A stretch of DNA of 64,000 nt. Source: an uncultured Verrucomicrobiae bacterium. GTDB taxonomy: Bacteria > Verrucomicrobiota > Verrucomicrobiia > Limisphaerales > UBA11358. A program made the translations under genes and the position numbers. The DNA lies in the NCBI GenBank assembly GCA_963719075.1, contig CAVRAN010000003.1:408659-472658 (forward strand). The letters are read 5' to 3'. This document shows, one piece after another, positions 1 to 10,013 of this stretch (the stretch's first letter is position 1; every line of letters begins with the position of its first letter). The notes beneath the pieces were generated by a model, which was not told the origin of the DNA, did not search any database, and worked only from the letters and a program-made list of their open reading frames with translations.

Positions 1-800
1 AAAAGCAAATCGGCGCGCTGGCGGCGATACTCGGCTTCGACGGCTGCGGCAAGTTCGTCTTCCCACCTTTCGCGCAAATCTTTTTCCACGTCGTCATATT
101 TTTCAAGCGGCGAACGCGCGCTCAAATTTTCATCCACGCGCGAACGGATTTCGCCGAGTTTCTGGAGTAGCGCGTCGAGCAGACGATAACGGCCAAACAG
201 GCTTTTTTGTTCATTGGCCGCCACTGTGCCGAACTGCGTGAGCCATTCGGCTTCTGATTCATTCATTTGCTGCGAACCTTCGCTGGAAAAATTCAGACGC
301 AGACAACGCGACAAAATCGTCTCCAAAATCCGTTGTGGTTCGGTCGAAAGCAAAACCAAGATAGAATTCGTGGGCGGCTCTTCGAGCGTTTTGAGAAAAG
401 CGTTAGCCGCTTGCGCATTCAGCCGATCTGCGGCGACGATGACTGTTACTTTATATTCGGCTTCGGCCGGTTTGAGTTGGATCTCACGCATTAATTCGCG
501 CATTTGCTCGATGGTAACGACGCGCGATTTGGATTCGGGCCGCGTCCAATGCACGTCGGCGTAAGTTTCGTTGTCAATTTTTTGGCAACTCACACATTGG
601 TCACAACAATCCGTTCGCGCGCCGCCGATTTTGACCGGCTTTTGGCAGTTCAACGTTTTTGCTAGCGTTCGCGCGAGCGATTCCAATTCTTCAAGCCGCT
701 CGCCGGCGAACAAATAAGCGTGGCCGAGCCGCCCGCGCGCTAGCGAACGCTGGAGTAATTGAACACCCTGCGTTTGTTTTGGAAAATGTTTGAAGGCCAT
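1..800 (-). CDS. holB: DNA polymerase III subunit delta-prime (partial; 3' end runs off the window)
   Basis: Absent from the ORF track because it is open at position 1. Hand translation from ATG (complement of 798-800) gives MAFKHFPKQTQGVQLLQRSLARGRLGHAYLFAGERLEELESLARTLAKTLNCQKP..CCDQCVSCQKI..VTVIVAADRLNAQAANAFLKTLEEPP..LSRC. It shows the clamp-loader GHAYLF box, the Cys zinc module, LKTLEEPP and the SRC motif. Confidence 0.85.
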   Translation of the reverse strand, partial: MAFKHFPKQTQGVQLLQRSLARGRLGHAYLFAGERLEELESLARTLAKTLNCQKPVKIGGARTDCCDQCVSCQKIDNETYADVHWTRPESKSRVVTIEQMRELMREIQLKPAEAEYKVTVIVAADRLNAQAANAFLKTLEEPPTNSILVLLSTEPQRILETILSRCLRLNFSSEGSQQMNESEAEWLTQFGTVAANEQKSLFGRYRLLDALLQKLGEIRSRVDENLSARSPLEKYDDVEKDLRERWEDELAAAVEAEYRRQRADLL

Positions 801-812
801 GCGTGCTGGATT

Positions 813-1841
813 TTATTGGCGGTTTCCAACCAGTTCTTTCGGCAAGTCTTCGCGATTGACGATCAGCGGATCGTTCAGCAATTCCATTGTGTTGGTATTC
901 GAAGCCAGACTCCACCTCGCGTTCCAACTCATAAAGAACACTGTTCGTGGAAAATTCTGCCGCACGCCGTCAATAAAGCGGAGGTAATCGTAGTCCCCCG
1001 GCGGATTGCTTGGCCCGTGCGGGCCGAATTCGGTGAAGCCGAACGGCTTTGGCAACCGCGCCACTTCGGCGTAGCCTTTGATGTGATTTGTGTCAACGAA
1101 GTCGGTATATGCGTCGAGGCCGACCAGATCTACATAATGGTCGCCGGGATAATACACGGCGGTGTTGGTGCCATGATTGGGTGCATAAACCCAAAGCAGA
1201 TTGTTAAGTTTCTTTGTCTTGGTGAAATAGTCGAACATCTGCCTCCAGAGTTTGATAAACGTCTGCGGGTTTTTGCCGTCCCACCAAAACCAGTCGCCGT
1301 TCATTTCGTGGAACGGGCGCCACAAAACCACAACCCCGGCGTCATCGAGTTGTTGCAAGCCCGCGGCAATTTGATCGAGCTCGCGCATCCAACGGGCGTG
1401 TGTTTCGGTTTTGGGATCAAGCAAGGTGTTAAGGTCAACGTCCTTGTCGCGCAGCCCGCCCATCACATTCACATTCGTCCTGGCCGGATCATAAAGATGC
1501 GTACTCACAGTGACCAAACCGCCCTGTTTCCAATATTCAATGGCGGCTTTGTTCGGCGCGTTGGGAGCAACGCCGCCGCGTCCGGCATAATCAACGCCCA
1601 AAATGGCCGGCCAATGGCCGGTCTGGTCGTGAACCGAATCCACCAAATGCAAATTCGCTCCGCCTCCGAAATTGGAAAATTGGCCGGACAACAAACATTT
1701 GTTCGTGCGACCTTCGAGACTTTGGAAATATTTCAGGATGGCTTTGGCCTGCGCGTTTGAATGTGTGTTGGCGGACGATTGAGGCGTGCGGCAACCGGAT
1801 GCGAGAAACGCCACCAACAGCAGGCTAAAAAAAAATCTCAT
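813..1841 (-). CDS. Glycoside hydrolase family 26 (beta-mannanase-like) lipoprotein
   Basis: 342-aa ORF with lipobox LLLVAFLASGC and the GH26 signature WRPFHEMNGDWFWWDGK. The stop lies 12 nt upstream of the holB start on the same strand. Confidence 0.85.
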   Translation of the reverse strand: MRFFFSLLLVAFLASGCRTPQSSANTHSNAQAKAILKYFQSLEGRTNKCLLSGQFSNFGGGANLHLVDSVHDQTGHWPAILGVDYAGRGGVAPNAPNKAAIEYWKQGGLVTVSTHLYDPARTNVNVMGGLRDKDVDLNTLLDPKTETHARWMRELDQIAAGLQQLDDAGVVVLWRPFHEMNGDWFWWDGKNPQTFIKLWRQMFDYFTKTKKLNNLLWVYAPNHGTNTAVYYPGDHYVDLVGLDAYTDFVDTNHIKGYAEVARLPKPFGFTEFGPHGPSNPPGDYDYLRFIDGVRQNFPRTVFFMSWNARWSLASNTNTMELLNDPLIVNREDLPKELVGNRQ

Positions 1842-1891
1842 AAGTTATCAGCGCAACATCGCGCAGGAAATGGCCGCGCCCGGTTGTCATG

Positions 1892-1916
1892 GATGGTGCC
1901 GACGGAGGGGGTCGAA
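1892..1916. repeat. Distal att direct repeat (orphan copy of the tRNA-Leu 3' end)
   Basis: GATGGTGCCGACGGAGGGGGTCGAA is identical to 43063-43087. Flanking bases differ on both sides, and no tRNA body follows it. Confidence 0.85.
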
Positions 1917-2046
1917 AACAAATCATAGACTTTCGTGACCCTGCGTAAACCTGCATCGTGACCGCATAAACACACGCGATTATGCACATTTGCCAAGTGG
2001 GCGTCAAGACAGCGTTTCGCGCACGAAAACGCACCAAAACGTGCAA

Positions 2047-2071
2047 AAAGTGTAACAACATTGTAACAACA
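2047..2071 (+). repeat. Tandem TGTAACAACA decamer pair (candidate recombinase arm-type site, distal arm)
   Basis: AAAGTGTAACAACATTGTAACAACA matches 43007-43031 at 24 of 25 positions, in the same orientation. It lies 130 nt inside the distal att repeat. Confidence 0.6.
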
Positions 2072-2272
2072 AAATGAGGCACGAGGGGGCGGGAGTATTG
2101 CCCTGTCGCCGAGTTTGAAAAGGGTAACGGATTGGCTCGCGTAAAATTTTTTTTAAAAGGGCAATTCTCGCCCGATTGATTTGTTATCTTCTTCAGCCAC
2201 ACACTGTGCCGGTTGCTGGCCATTGACACTCGGCAGGGTTACACCCCATAGCGCCCGCAAGATCGTCAGGCG

Positions 2273-3430
2273 ATGCTCTTAGCCATGAACAATAATATGC
2301 GACTCGTCGAAGTAGAAGTTGCGGTTTGCCTTGTGGCGGTGGCAATTGTTGCGTTCATTTTAATGGCTGCTAACGCCATCTGGAAATGCATGGTTTCCCC
2401 ATGGCCCGCTGCGATGTTATTGGTCACTTGTGTTTTGACAGGCTGTCAATCACCGCAGGTTATGTCGCAGAGTCAAACCGGCGCGGCACCAATGACACGA
2501 AACAATTGCTACAGTTTGCTCCATCAACTTCTGGACGAACAAAAGGACGTCAGCATCCTGCGCTTCTTCAAGCCTGAACAGGCTGATCTCAAAAATCTGG
2601 TAAAGAAAATCGCCACGACTTCCGGAACCGGAGCCACACTGTTGGAGGAATTTGCCAAGGACGATCCTTCAATCAAGCTGGATGACATCGGGCTTCCACC
2701 AGGAGAGGTAAGCACACGCGATGCGATTGCTTCCACCGAGGAGAAGAAATTATTGAGTAAGACCGGCAACACATTTGAACTGACCCTGCTTTTGACCCAG
2801 ACCGAGGCGTTAAACTATGCCTGGCATTTGGCAAAAGTCGCCGGCGAAAACGAGCCGCAACCCGAACGCGCCCGTGCGTTGGCAGGTTTAAGCGAGGATA
2901 TGCAGAACCTTTATAACGAAGTATTCGAGCTGTTGCTTTCAAAGACAAGATCATCAGCGACGAACTCAATCGCGGCCCAAGCAGCCCTGACTTCGACAAA
3001 CTCCGCTTCGACCAATCGGATTCTCATGATTGATCGCAGTTCCATGCCGATTGGCGCGGGCAAAGCCACTCTGATCATCGGGGCGCTCCAACGTGCGAAC
3101 GGCGTTTATTCGGGCGATTACAAAATTAAGGTGTTTCCCTATTTCTTCAAAAATGAAACGGGCAGGCTGGCCATTGTCGTTTCGGATAAGTCACTAGCGG
3201 AAATTAATCTGGGAAAAGTCGCCGCGATCATCGGAACCGCCACCACGAGCGGCAAAGGCGGCGCAAGCCGTCACATTGATGCAACGGCCACGCCGGTTGA
3301 CATCAATCGCGGAACGCTCAAGCTGTGGTTCACGGCGGGAAACAGGAATATGATCTTCGAGCCTGCCTATCACTTTGCCGAACAAGGGACGACAGTGGCA
3401 TTGGCACAGACGACTGAAACCAACCCTTGA
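2273..3430 (+). CDS. Hypothetical lipoprotein
   Basis: 385-aa ORF. The internal MLLVTCVLTGCQSP lipobox suggests the real start is the ATG at 2390 or 2414. No family was recognised. Confidence 0.5.
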   Translation: MLLAMNNNMRLVEVEVAVCLVAVAIVAFILMAANAIWKCMVSPWPAAMLLVTCVLTGCQSPQVMSQSQTGAAPMTRNNCYSLLHQLLDEQKDVSILRFFKPEQADLKNLVKKIATTSGTGATLLEEFAKDDPSIKLDDIGLPPGEVSTRDAIASTEEKKLLSKTGNTFELTLLLTQTEALNYAWHLAKVAGENEPQPERARALAGLSEDMQNLYNEVFELLLSKTRSSATNSIAAQAALTSTNSASTNRILMIDRSSMPIGAGKATLIIGALQRANGVYSGDYKIKVFPYFFKNETGRLAIVVSDKSLAEINLGKVAAIIGTATTSGKGGASRHIDATATPVDINRGTLKLWFTAGNRNMIFEPAYHFAEQGTTVALAQTTETNP

Positions 3431-3602
3431 ATTTTTTGTAAACGAATCACAGTTTCTTGAACCATCATTCAGCAAACGCCGCCGCATCATTTTTAACTCC
3501 TTAACCACCGTGCTACCGAGTCTGTGATAAAACAGCGGAACAAGGTAAATCCACAGGCATAGTTATTCCGTATTGTTTAAGCACACGACCCATTGGCGCT
3601 TA

Positions 3603-4562
3603 CTATCTGGAATTCGGAGTGACGCTATTCAAAAGAAGCGATGAAGGCGAACTTTGCGATGCTTTGGCTTGGGCGTTTGTGATGGCAATGACGGGCGACC
3701 ATTTAAGCCATTTCTTGTCCGCTTTTTCGTTGAGTGGAAAAGTGCTGTCGTTGGATACTAGCATTCCCGGCGACGGCGGCGTGGCAAAGGCGATTCCACC
3801 GATGACCAGCGATTTGAGGGTTTCCGCACTCATGCTGAATCCGGAAAATAACCCAAAGTGGGCACTAATGCCGCCGGCATTCCAGAATTTTGAATCCGTC
3901 CGCACCAGAGACTCAAAATTTGTCTCGATCAAAACATGAATATTGACCGCGGTTGAATCTTTCCCCAACACAAAATATCGCACCGAACCCACTTCCATGC
4001 CGCGATAATAAACCGGTGCGCCAACGGTCAATGAGCCGAGACTGGGTGTAGTCAAAATAATTTCCAGTTCACCTTCAGACGTTTCAAGAATGGGCGGCTC
4101 TTCCGCGCCAATGAATTTTTTTTGTTCCCCGCCGTTGCCCGGCTGCACTTGAATGTAGGGTCCCGATACAATCGTTTCCAAACCCTGCAACCCGCCCGCG
4201 CCTACTTCAGGACGCACGATCCAGAACACGGAGCCTTCGCGGGCCAGACTTTCAGCCGATTTGTCCAAACGCGCCTGCACTTCGACATATTTCGCTTCTT
4301 TGGCCAGTTGCACCGAAAGAACTTCGCCGACGCGCACACCACGATATCGAAGCGTGGTTTGATTGGCTTCAATTTCATTTCCGTTGTTGAACAGGATACT
4401 AATGACCGGTCCCGCTTGCCGAACATGTTTGAAAACGAGCCAGCCGCCGACGATTGCAGCCACCAGCGGCACAATCCAGACCATGGAAATCCGGGACGGC
4501 TTTTTTATTCTCGCCTCGGGCAAATCGCACGCTGGGGATTCATCCTTTTTTGTCGGGTTCAA
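3603..4562 (-). CDS. pqiB: MlaD/PqiB-family (MCE domain) intermembrane transport protein
   Basis: 319 aa with an N-terminal TM (MVWIVPLVAAIVGGWLVF) followed by MCE-like repeats (LRYRGVRVGEV.., VYYRGMEVGSV..). It overlaps the upstream pqiA-like gene by 23 nt. Confidence 0.8.
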   Translation of the reverse strand: MNPTKKDESPACDLPEARIKKPSRISMVWIVPLVAAIVGGWLVFKHVRQAGPVISILFNNGNEIEANQTTLRYRGVRVGEVLSVQLAKEAKYVEVQARLDKSAESLAREGSVFWIVRPEVGAGGLQGLETIVSGPYIQVQPGNGGEQKKFIGAEEPPILETSEGELEIILTTPSLGSLTVGAPVYYRGMEVGSVRYFVLGKDSTAVNIHVLIETNFESLVRTDSKFWNAGGISAHFGLFSGFSMSAETLKSLVIGGIAFATPPSPGMLVSNDSTFPLNEKADKKWLKWSPVIAITNAQAKASQSSPSSLLLNSVTPNSR

Positions 4563-5148
4563 TAATTTCCTCCTTCCAAATCAAGCGCGGGTCATAGCTC
4601 GAAGAAGCCAGGATCGTCAGGACGACGACGGACGCAAAAACGAAAATGCCCGGACCGGGAATCACCGTGGCGAATTTTCCGAACCGGATCAACGCCACCA
4701 TCACCGCCAGCAGAAAAACATCCAACATCGCCCACGGCCCAATCTTGTAAATTATCTTGTGAACGCGCGTGCGTAATTTTTGCCAGCGTTGTCCGCGATT
4801 CGAGACGAGGAAAACTAATCCGAGCAGTTTTAAAAGCGGAATAAGAATGCTCGCGGCAAAAACCAGCGTTGCCACCGCCCACATTCCATCACGATACAAA
4901 GCCCTCACGCTGCCCAAAACGGTATTTTGCGTATGACGCCCCATGTATTCCATGATCATGATGGGATAGATATTCGCCGGCACATACAGGCAAAGTGCCG
5001 CGAGCGCCAATGCCGCCGTTCGCGCGCGGCTGTTGGGATTGTCACGTCGGAGAATTCCCTCGCAGCGCGCGCATTCCGCCAGATGGCGCGGCGGCACGTC
5101 GCCCAGTTGCTGAACCAAACCGCAAGTTTCGCAGGCGATGACATTCAT
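4540..5148 (-). CDS. pqiA: Paraquat-inducible protein A family membrane protein (single-module, half-size)
   Basis: 202 aa. It has the N-terminal CxxC..CxxC zinc ribbon (CETCG..CARCEG) followed by TM helices typical of PqiA. It is paired with pqiB. Confidence 0.8.
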   Translation of the reverse strand: MNVIACETCGLVQQLGDVPPRHLAECARCEGILRRDNPNSRARTAALALAALCLYVPANIYPIMIMEYMGRHTQNTVLGSVRALYRDGMWAVATLVFAASILIPLLKLLGLVFLVSNRGQRWQKLRTRVHKIIYKIGPWAMLDVFLLAVMVALIRFGKFATVIPGPGIFVFASVVVLTILASSSYDPRLIWKEEIIEPDKKG

Positions 5149-5275
5149 GCGTCAATCAAAGAAAATTATTTTCGCACAAACACGGTCTCAAAAAGCGGCG
5201 AGTCAATAAATAGGGTGAACACCTTATAGGATCCCGCGCTTGGATTTCTGGCCTGAGCCGCCCCTTGTCTCTTCG

Positions 5276-6628
5276 TTACTGCTGCGCCTTGAGCTGAGCG
5301 TTTGCCGAGGAACCAGATTTTTCTTTCTCAAGGCGCTTTTCATCCGCTTCTCGCTTTTTTTCCTGCGCCAACTTTTGCTCTGGTGTCTGCACCGGTTGCG
5401 CTGGCTGCTTGACCACGGTACCTTGTTCAGTCTGTGGCTTCCGCTCCGGGTTAACTTCTGCCTGAACGGCGGGTTTGGGTGCCTTGTCTGGTTCCGCGCC
5501 TGGCTTGACTGGTTGACCCGCTGTCTTCACCACCTCGTCGGGTTTAGGTGCTGGCCTGAATTCTTCATTAGGCAGGCTTTTTTTCACTTCACCGGAAACA
5601 GTTTTTTCGTTTGACGTGACGACATTTGGTTCCTCGGCCTTGGGTTTCATCGGCAACGGTTCGGTCGGCTCGGCCATCGTCTCCTTCTTCTGAGCCGATT
5701 CTGCATTATTGAGCACCACTGGCTGGACTTTTTTCTCTGTCGTGGGTGCGTTTTTTCTGTGCGCGATGACCACGGCTGCTTCCTGCCGGGTTCGCAACCC
5801 TCTAGCTGCCACTACTTCGACTTTGCGCCCACTGGCCTGCGCGATGACCTCGGGACGTGGACCTTCATTGATCACCGTTTTGTTCACCACCTGGATTTTG
5901 GTGATATTAACCGTGTTATTAATGATGGTCGTATTGTTGACGATGACAGTTTGGTGGTGTTGAGGCTCCAACATTCGCCCTTCCTCCACGAAAACAAACG
6001 CGTGCGGGTCGATGGTTCCCTCTCGATATTCAAGACCCCCGTTTACTCCAATTCTCGCTTCCGGCGGCAAGGGTGCCCAACCGGCGTAACCTCCGCCTTC
6101 CCGCCAGGCAACCCAGGCCGGTGCCCACTGTGTCTGGGGAACCCAAACCCATCCGTTGTCCGGGTCCTGATACCAGCGTCCGTAATGACACGTCGCCCAG
6201 CCCCAGCGTTCGTCGCTGACCCAATACCAGCCGGCGTCCGTCCGTTGCCAATGGCCTTCGGTGTAAGGACGCCAATCCTGGTCAACACCAGCCGGCACCC
6301 AGCACCGTCCATACCCCTGTACTACAATCCAGCGCCCATACGCATTCAGCGGTTCGTAAAAGTCACTTACTGCATTAATCTCCAGAACCGCATCCGGTGC
6401 AGGTGCAGGTTCGACATATACCGGAGCTGGCTGAACATAGGCGGGTTGTTCGGTTACTACCACTGGCGCGGGCGCGGGCTGATAAACCTGCGCTGGTTGA
6501 GGTTGATAGACCGCCCGATCTTCAACCACACAGCCCGCCAGTAAAAGTGGGATGACCAAGAGTAAAACCGGTTTAAGTATTGTTTTTCGATTTAACATGG
6601 GAGGAAAATTACGACATGAGTTCGTCAT
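5276..6628 (-). CDS. Lipoprotein with Trp/Gly-rich WxxGxW-type repeats (DUF6600/BcpO-like) and a Pro/Lys/Glu-rich tail
   Basis: 450 aa with lipobox LLLAGC. The repeats are YGRWIVVQGYGRCWVP, GHWQRTDAGWYWVSDERWGWATCHYGRWY and GWVWVP. The C-terminal third is low-complexity (P/K/E/A). The family name is from memory. Confidence 0.5.
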   Translation of the reverse strand: MTNSCRNFPPMLNRKTILKPVLLLVIPLLLAGCVVEDRAVYQPQPAQVYQPAPAPVVVTEQPAYVQPAPVYVEPAPAPDAVLEINAVSDFYEPLNAYGRWIVVQGYGRCWVPAGVDQDWRPYTEGHWQRTDAGWYWVSDERWGWATCHYGRWYQDPDNGWVWVPQTQWAPAWVAWREGGGYAGWAPLPPEARIGVNGGLEYREGTIDPHAFVFVEEGRMLEPQHHQTVIVNNTTIINNTVNITKIQVVNKTVINEGPRPEVIAQASGRKVEVVAARGLRTRQEAAVVIAHRKNAPTTEKKVQPVVLNNAESAQKKETMAEPTEPLPMKPKAEEPNVVTSNEKTVSGEVKKSLPNEEFRPAPKPDEVVKTAGQPVKPGAEPDKAPKPAVQAEVNPERKPQTEQGTVVKQPAQPVQTPEQKLAQEKKREADEKRLEKEKSGSSANAQLKAQQ

Positions 6629-6806
6629 ACACTATAAGGTTTTCACCCCATGGCAAAGAAGAGGGTTGTAAAATAGTTTCGCCGAAAATCTTTATTGATG
6701 GCAACGAACAACCGGCTGCCGTGCTCAAAAATGTCACAGCCGGCAAAGGAGATGAGAAAACCGACCCTTGACAGCGGCACAAAAATCACCGCGTTAATGC
6801 CTGCCC

Positions 6807-7100
6807 GTGTGGGCGTGGATGAAACGGCGTGGTTTCTCGGCTTGGGGAATGTTGTCGGCGGGCCATTATCCCATTGTGATGTTCGGGCCCGTGCATCTGC
6901 CGTCGATTCTTCCAGCCAACCCAATGCTATACGCCATATTGCGCAAAACCCATACGATACTGGCATATCTCCTATTCGTAACTTTTCTCTTCCACCTCGG
7001 CACTGTGTTGTTCCACACGCTCATCGTTCGCGACCGGCTGCTGAACCGCATGGCTCTGTGGCCAGTTCGCTCCCGCAATGTAAAAGTCGAAAAGAATTGA
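6807..7100 (+). pseudogene. Cytochrome b561-family remnant (C-terminal half only)
   Basis: The 97-aa ORF ends with the b561 C-terminal pattern ..LRKTHTILAYLLFVTFLFHLGTVLFHTLIVRDRLLNRM. The two N-terminal helices are absent, and an in-frame TAA lies at 6795-6797. Confidence 0.5.
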
Positions 7101-7203
7101 ATTTCTCGCAGCGAAAGCTCCTTCGCGCTCGGATGCAAACGAACTTCGCTGCAATGTGCAACCTCTGACGACGGACACCACGCCAGTGTCGCAAATCAAT
7201 AGT

Positions 7204-7238
7204 GTCTGATTTGTCAGACTTTGATTGACATTAAGTCT
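7204..7238 (+). promoter_or_regulatory. Overlapping inverted repeats around a TTGACA hexamer upstream of hipB (candidate operator/promoter)
   Basis: The repeats are GTCTGA(7204-7209)-N4-TCAGAC(7214-7219) and AGACTT(7216-7221)-N11-AAGTCT(7233-7238), flanking TTGACA (7225-7230). No convincing -10 box was placed. Confidence 0.3.
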
Positions 7239-7259
7239 TCTATAGCCGACACTAATCCC

Positions 7260-7577
7260 ATGTCGCAACAAGCCGCATCCCTGCCATTGCCCGCCGAACG
7301 TGCGCTCCGCAAGTTGGGCCGCGACCTCGCGCTCGCCCGGCGCAAGCGCGGCATCTCCACGAACGACATGGCCGCGCGGCTTTTTGTCAGCCGCGATACG
7401 CTCTGGCGGCTTGAGCGCGGCGACCCGACCGTCGCGCTCGGCACTTTGGTCACGGCAACTTTCATCCTTAACCTGCACGACCGTCTGGCAAATCTCGCCG
7501 CGCCCGCCAGTGACGAACTCGCTCTCAGCTTGGATGAGCGCCGTCTGCCTCAACGCATTCACCGCGCCAAACCATGA
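7260..7577 (+). CDS. hipB: HipB-like XRE-family HTH antitoxin
   Basis: The HTH segment is LRKLGRDLALARRKRGISTNDMAARLFVSRDTLWRLERG. The ATG at 7260 is preferred over the TTG at 7221. There is a 4-nt ATGA overlap with hipA. Confidence 0.75.
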   Translation: MSQQAASLPLPAERALRKLGRDLALARRKRGISTNDMAARLFVSRDTLWRLERGDPTVALGTLVTATFILNLHDRLANLAAPASDELALSLDERRLPQRIHRAKP

Positions 7578-8803
7578 GCTTGGAAGTCCACATTGATTGG
7601 CAGGGGCAGACTCATTTTGTGGGTCGTCTCCACACTGCCGAACGCGGCTCGTCCGTTTCATTTGAGTATACGACCGAATGGCTTCAGCGTGACGGAGCTT
7701 TCGCCATTGATCCGACATCGCTTCCGTTGCAACGCGGCGCACATCATGCGGCAACGCTTTTCGGGGCGATTCAGGATTGCGGGCCTGACCGTTGGGGGCG
7801 CGTCTTGATTGAGCGTGCCGTCCGTAAAAAAGTTCTCGCACAAAAACCGTATCACGAAATTGATTATGTGCTGGCGCTCGACGATGCGTCGCGCATCGGT
7901 GCTTTGCGTTTCCGGCTTGATGCTAAAAGTCCGTTTCTCGCCGCTACCAGTGGAAAACTCCCGCCGTTGGTTCGTCTCAACGCCCTGCTTCACGCCACGG
8001 ATGCAATTCACAGCAAGACTGAAACCGCCCAGGATTTGCGATTCCTCCTCGGCGCTGGTTCGCCGCTCGGCGGTGCCCGGCCAAAATCAGCGGTCAGTCT
8101 GGCCGACGACCGGCTCGCCATCGCGAAGTTTCCCAAACCCGATGATACGCGGGACATTGCTGCGGGCGAGATTCTCGCGCTTACACTTGCAGAGCAAGCT
8201 GGTATTCAAGTCGCGGAACATCGGCTCGTGTCTGTGAGGAACCAAAGCGTCGCTGTCATCACCCGTTTTGATCGCGCGGGAGAAAATCGCATCCCTTTCA
8301 TCTCTGCGGCCAGCTTATTGGGACTGCCTCAAGGTGATGTCGGTGCCTACACCATGTTGGCTGACGGTATTCGTCAATTTGGCAACGATGTCCCCGACGA
8401 CCTCCGCGAACTGTGGCGTCGCCTTATTTTCTCGCTGCTCGCCAGCAACTACGATGACCATCTCCGCAATCATGGTTTTCTCATGCGCGAACCGGGACGC
8501 TGGTCGCTCTCGCCGGCCTACGACATCAACCCCGTGCCGGAAATGGATCGTGTCCACATGAGCAAAACTGCCATTACCGAAGATCAAGTTGAACCAACCA
8601 TTGCGGTTGCACTGACCGCTGCCGAGCGGTTCGGTCTCAAGGCTGTTGAGTCGAAGAAAATTCTTCGTGAAGTTTTCACTACCATTTCTGGCTGGCGCAA
8701 AACCGGACGAAAACTGCGTCTCAAAGCGTCCACGCTTGATACCTACGCCAGTGCCTTCGAGCATCCGCTCATGGATGAAACCAAGCACCTGATTGGTAAA
8801 TAA
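7574..8803 (+). CDS. hipA: HipA-family serine/threonine kinase toxin
   Basis: 409 aa with HipA signatures GSPLGGARPK, NYDDHLRNHGFL and LSPAYDINP. Confidence 0.9.
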   Translation: MSLEVHIDWQGQTHFVGRLHTAERGSSVSFEYTTEWLQRDGAFAIDPTSLPLQRGAHHAATLFGAIQDCGPDRWGRVLIERAVRKKVLAQKPYHEIDYVLALDDASRIGALRFRLDAKSPFLAATSGKLPPLVRLNALLHATDAIHSKTETAQDLRFLLGAGSPLGGARPKSAVSLADDRLAIAKFPKPDDTRDIAAGEILALTLAEQAGIQVAEHRLVSVRNQSVAVITRFDRAGENRIPFISAASLLGLPQGDVGAYTMLADGIRQFGNDVPDDLRELWRRLIFSLLASNYDDHLRNHGFLMREPGRWSLSPAYDINPVPEMDRVHMSKTAITEDQVEPTIAVALTAAERFGLKAVESKKILREVFTTISGWRKTGRKLRLKASTLDTYASAFEHPLMDETKHLIGK

Positions 8804-8813
8804 CCGCCGCGTT

Positions 8814-9497
8814 TCACTTTTTCCGCCGCCGCACTTCTTCGAGCAGCATCCGTGCAAAGGTTTTGGCGTGTGGGTTGGGGCGTAAAGCCGAAAGGCCTAT
8901 CATCACCACCGCGCTGGGCAACATCGGCGCAAACGGCCGGGCAACAAGAGTCCGTGGCATGATGCTGAGGATGCCCTCGGTCAGAATTGCCGCAGCACGG
9001 TGCGCCTCCAATTCCGTGAACAATGTTGAAAGGCCATCGTTCACAAGTGAAACGAAGCGCGGCAAAACTCCGAATGGTTTAAGTATTCCGCGCACGTGCG
9101 GCACTTATTCGGGACAATTGCCCTTCGCCAGACCGATGAGGGGAAGATCGCGCAAACGCTTGGGCGGAATTCGCTTTAACTTTGCCAGCGGGTGCGTCTC
9201 CGGCATGACCAAAACGGGCTGCAAGCGTTGCAACTCGGTCCATTGAAATTCTGAAGTTCCCTTCGTTATGGAAATGCCGGGACTGATCACTAGGTCGAGC
9301 CGTCCTTCGTTGGCCAGTTCGTTGATTTCCCGCGACGAAAGATCCGTCAGCTCGATGCGCACGCGCGGAGTGGCCGTTTGAAATTTTTCCAAAACGGCGG
9401 ACATGACGCCGGCGATGATCGAGGGAGCGTAGCCGACGCGCAGAGTCTCGCTACGCGCTTCGCCGCGCACGTTAAAGCTAAAGCGCGTGATCCACAA
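8814..9497 (-). pseudogene. LysR-family regulator remnant (no HTH domain; in-frame stop)
   Basis: Two same-phase ORFs (9105-9497 and 8814-9104) are separated only by TAA at 9105-9107. Together they encode a LysR substrate-binding domain (LRVGYAPSIIAGVMSAVLEKF..RLDLVI..). The N-terminal wHTH is missing, with an upstream stop at 9537-9539. Confidence 0.7.
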
Positions 9498-9773
9498 CTT
9501 TGAATCATTTAATGGACACGCTCCGCAACGGAAGATTTATTGGGCGAAATGTAATCGAGTTTCGGCGGCGCAAAAATTGGACGCGGGAACAGCTCTCCGA
9601 GGTTGACCTGGACAGCACGGGATGTGGGTGGCCCTTGCATTGAAACGTTCTGATGAATAGCAGGAAACGAAGCACCTGCCAACGTTGCAAGGCCTTGAAC
9701 TCTAAGAAGCTCATTCGGTATTGACTTTCAAGTGGATGACGTTCCGTCAGACCATTGGTTGCCGACTTATCCA

Positions 9774-10013
9774 CTATGGGAAAACTTGGACGCGGTAGAA
9801 ACTTACTGGATCGGTAAAGTTGTCGGTGTTTTGGGTTGTCGGTCCGATAGCAGTAATGACACCGCCGAATCTCGTGAACGGAATGCACAGGTTGGTGGTG
9901 GACCAGACTTGATAGGTCATGCCGGAAATACTTGTCCAATTCAGTACGCCGTTACCTTGCATGCTTAAAATAGGAAGCCCTGGACATTGGCCGAGGAAGT
10001 TGCGGGGATGCAT
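9774..10013 (-). pseudogene. C-terminal fragment of a large secreted Verrucomicrobia-type protein
   Basis: The ORF ends ..LNWTSISGMTYQVWSTTNL..GGVITAIGPTTQNTDNFTDPVSFYRVQVFP. This resembles the conserved C-terminal module (..YxVQxSTNL..FYRV) of large PVC surface proteins. Only ~75 codons are present. Confidence 0.35.

Noticed and set aside
759-1760. 333-aa plus-strand ORF
   Set aside because: It lies entirely antisense to the GH26 gene, which has a clear family signature. It is a shadow ORF with no recognisable motifs.
1892-1916. Possible second tRNA gene
   Set aside because: Only the last 23 nt of the tRNA (plus 2 nt) are present. The sequence to the right does not continue the T-stem, variable arm or anticodon arm.
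1825-2229. 134-aa minus-strand ORF spanning the left island junction
   Set aside because: It runs across the att repeat and the decamer arm site, has no family resemblance and is low-complexity. It was treated as non-coding att-arm DNA.
6972-7841. 289-aa minus-strand ORF
   Set aside because: It is antisense to hipB and the start of hipA, is Arg/Ala-rich and shows no motifs.
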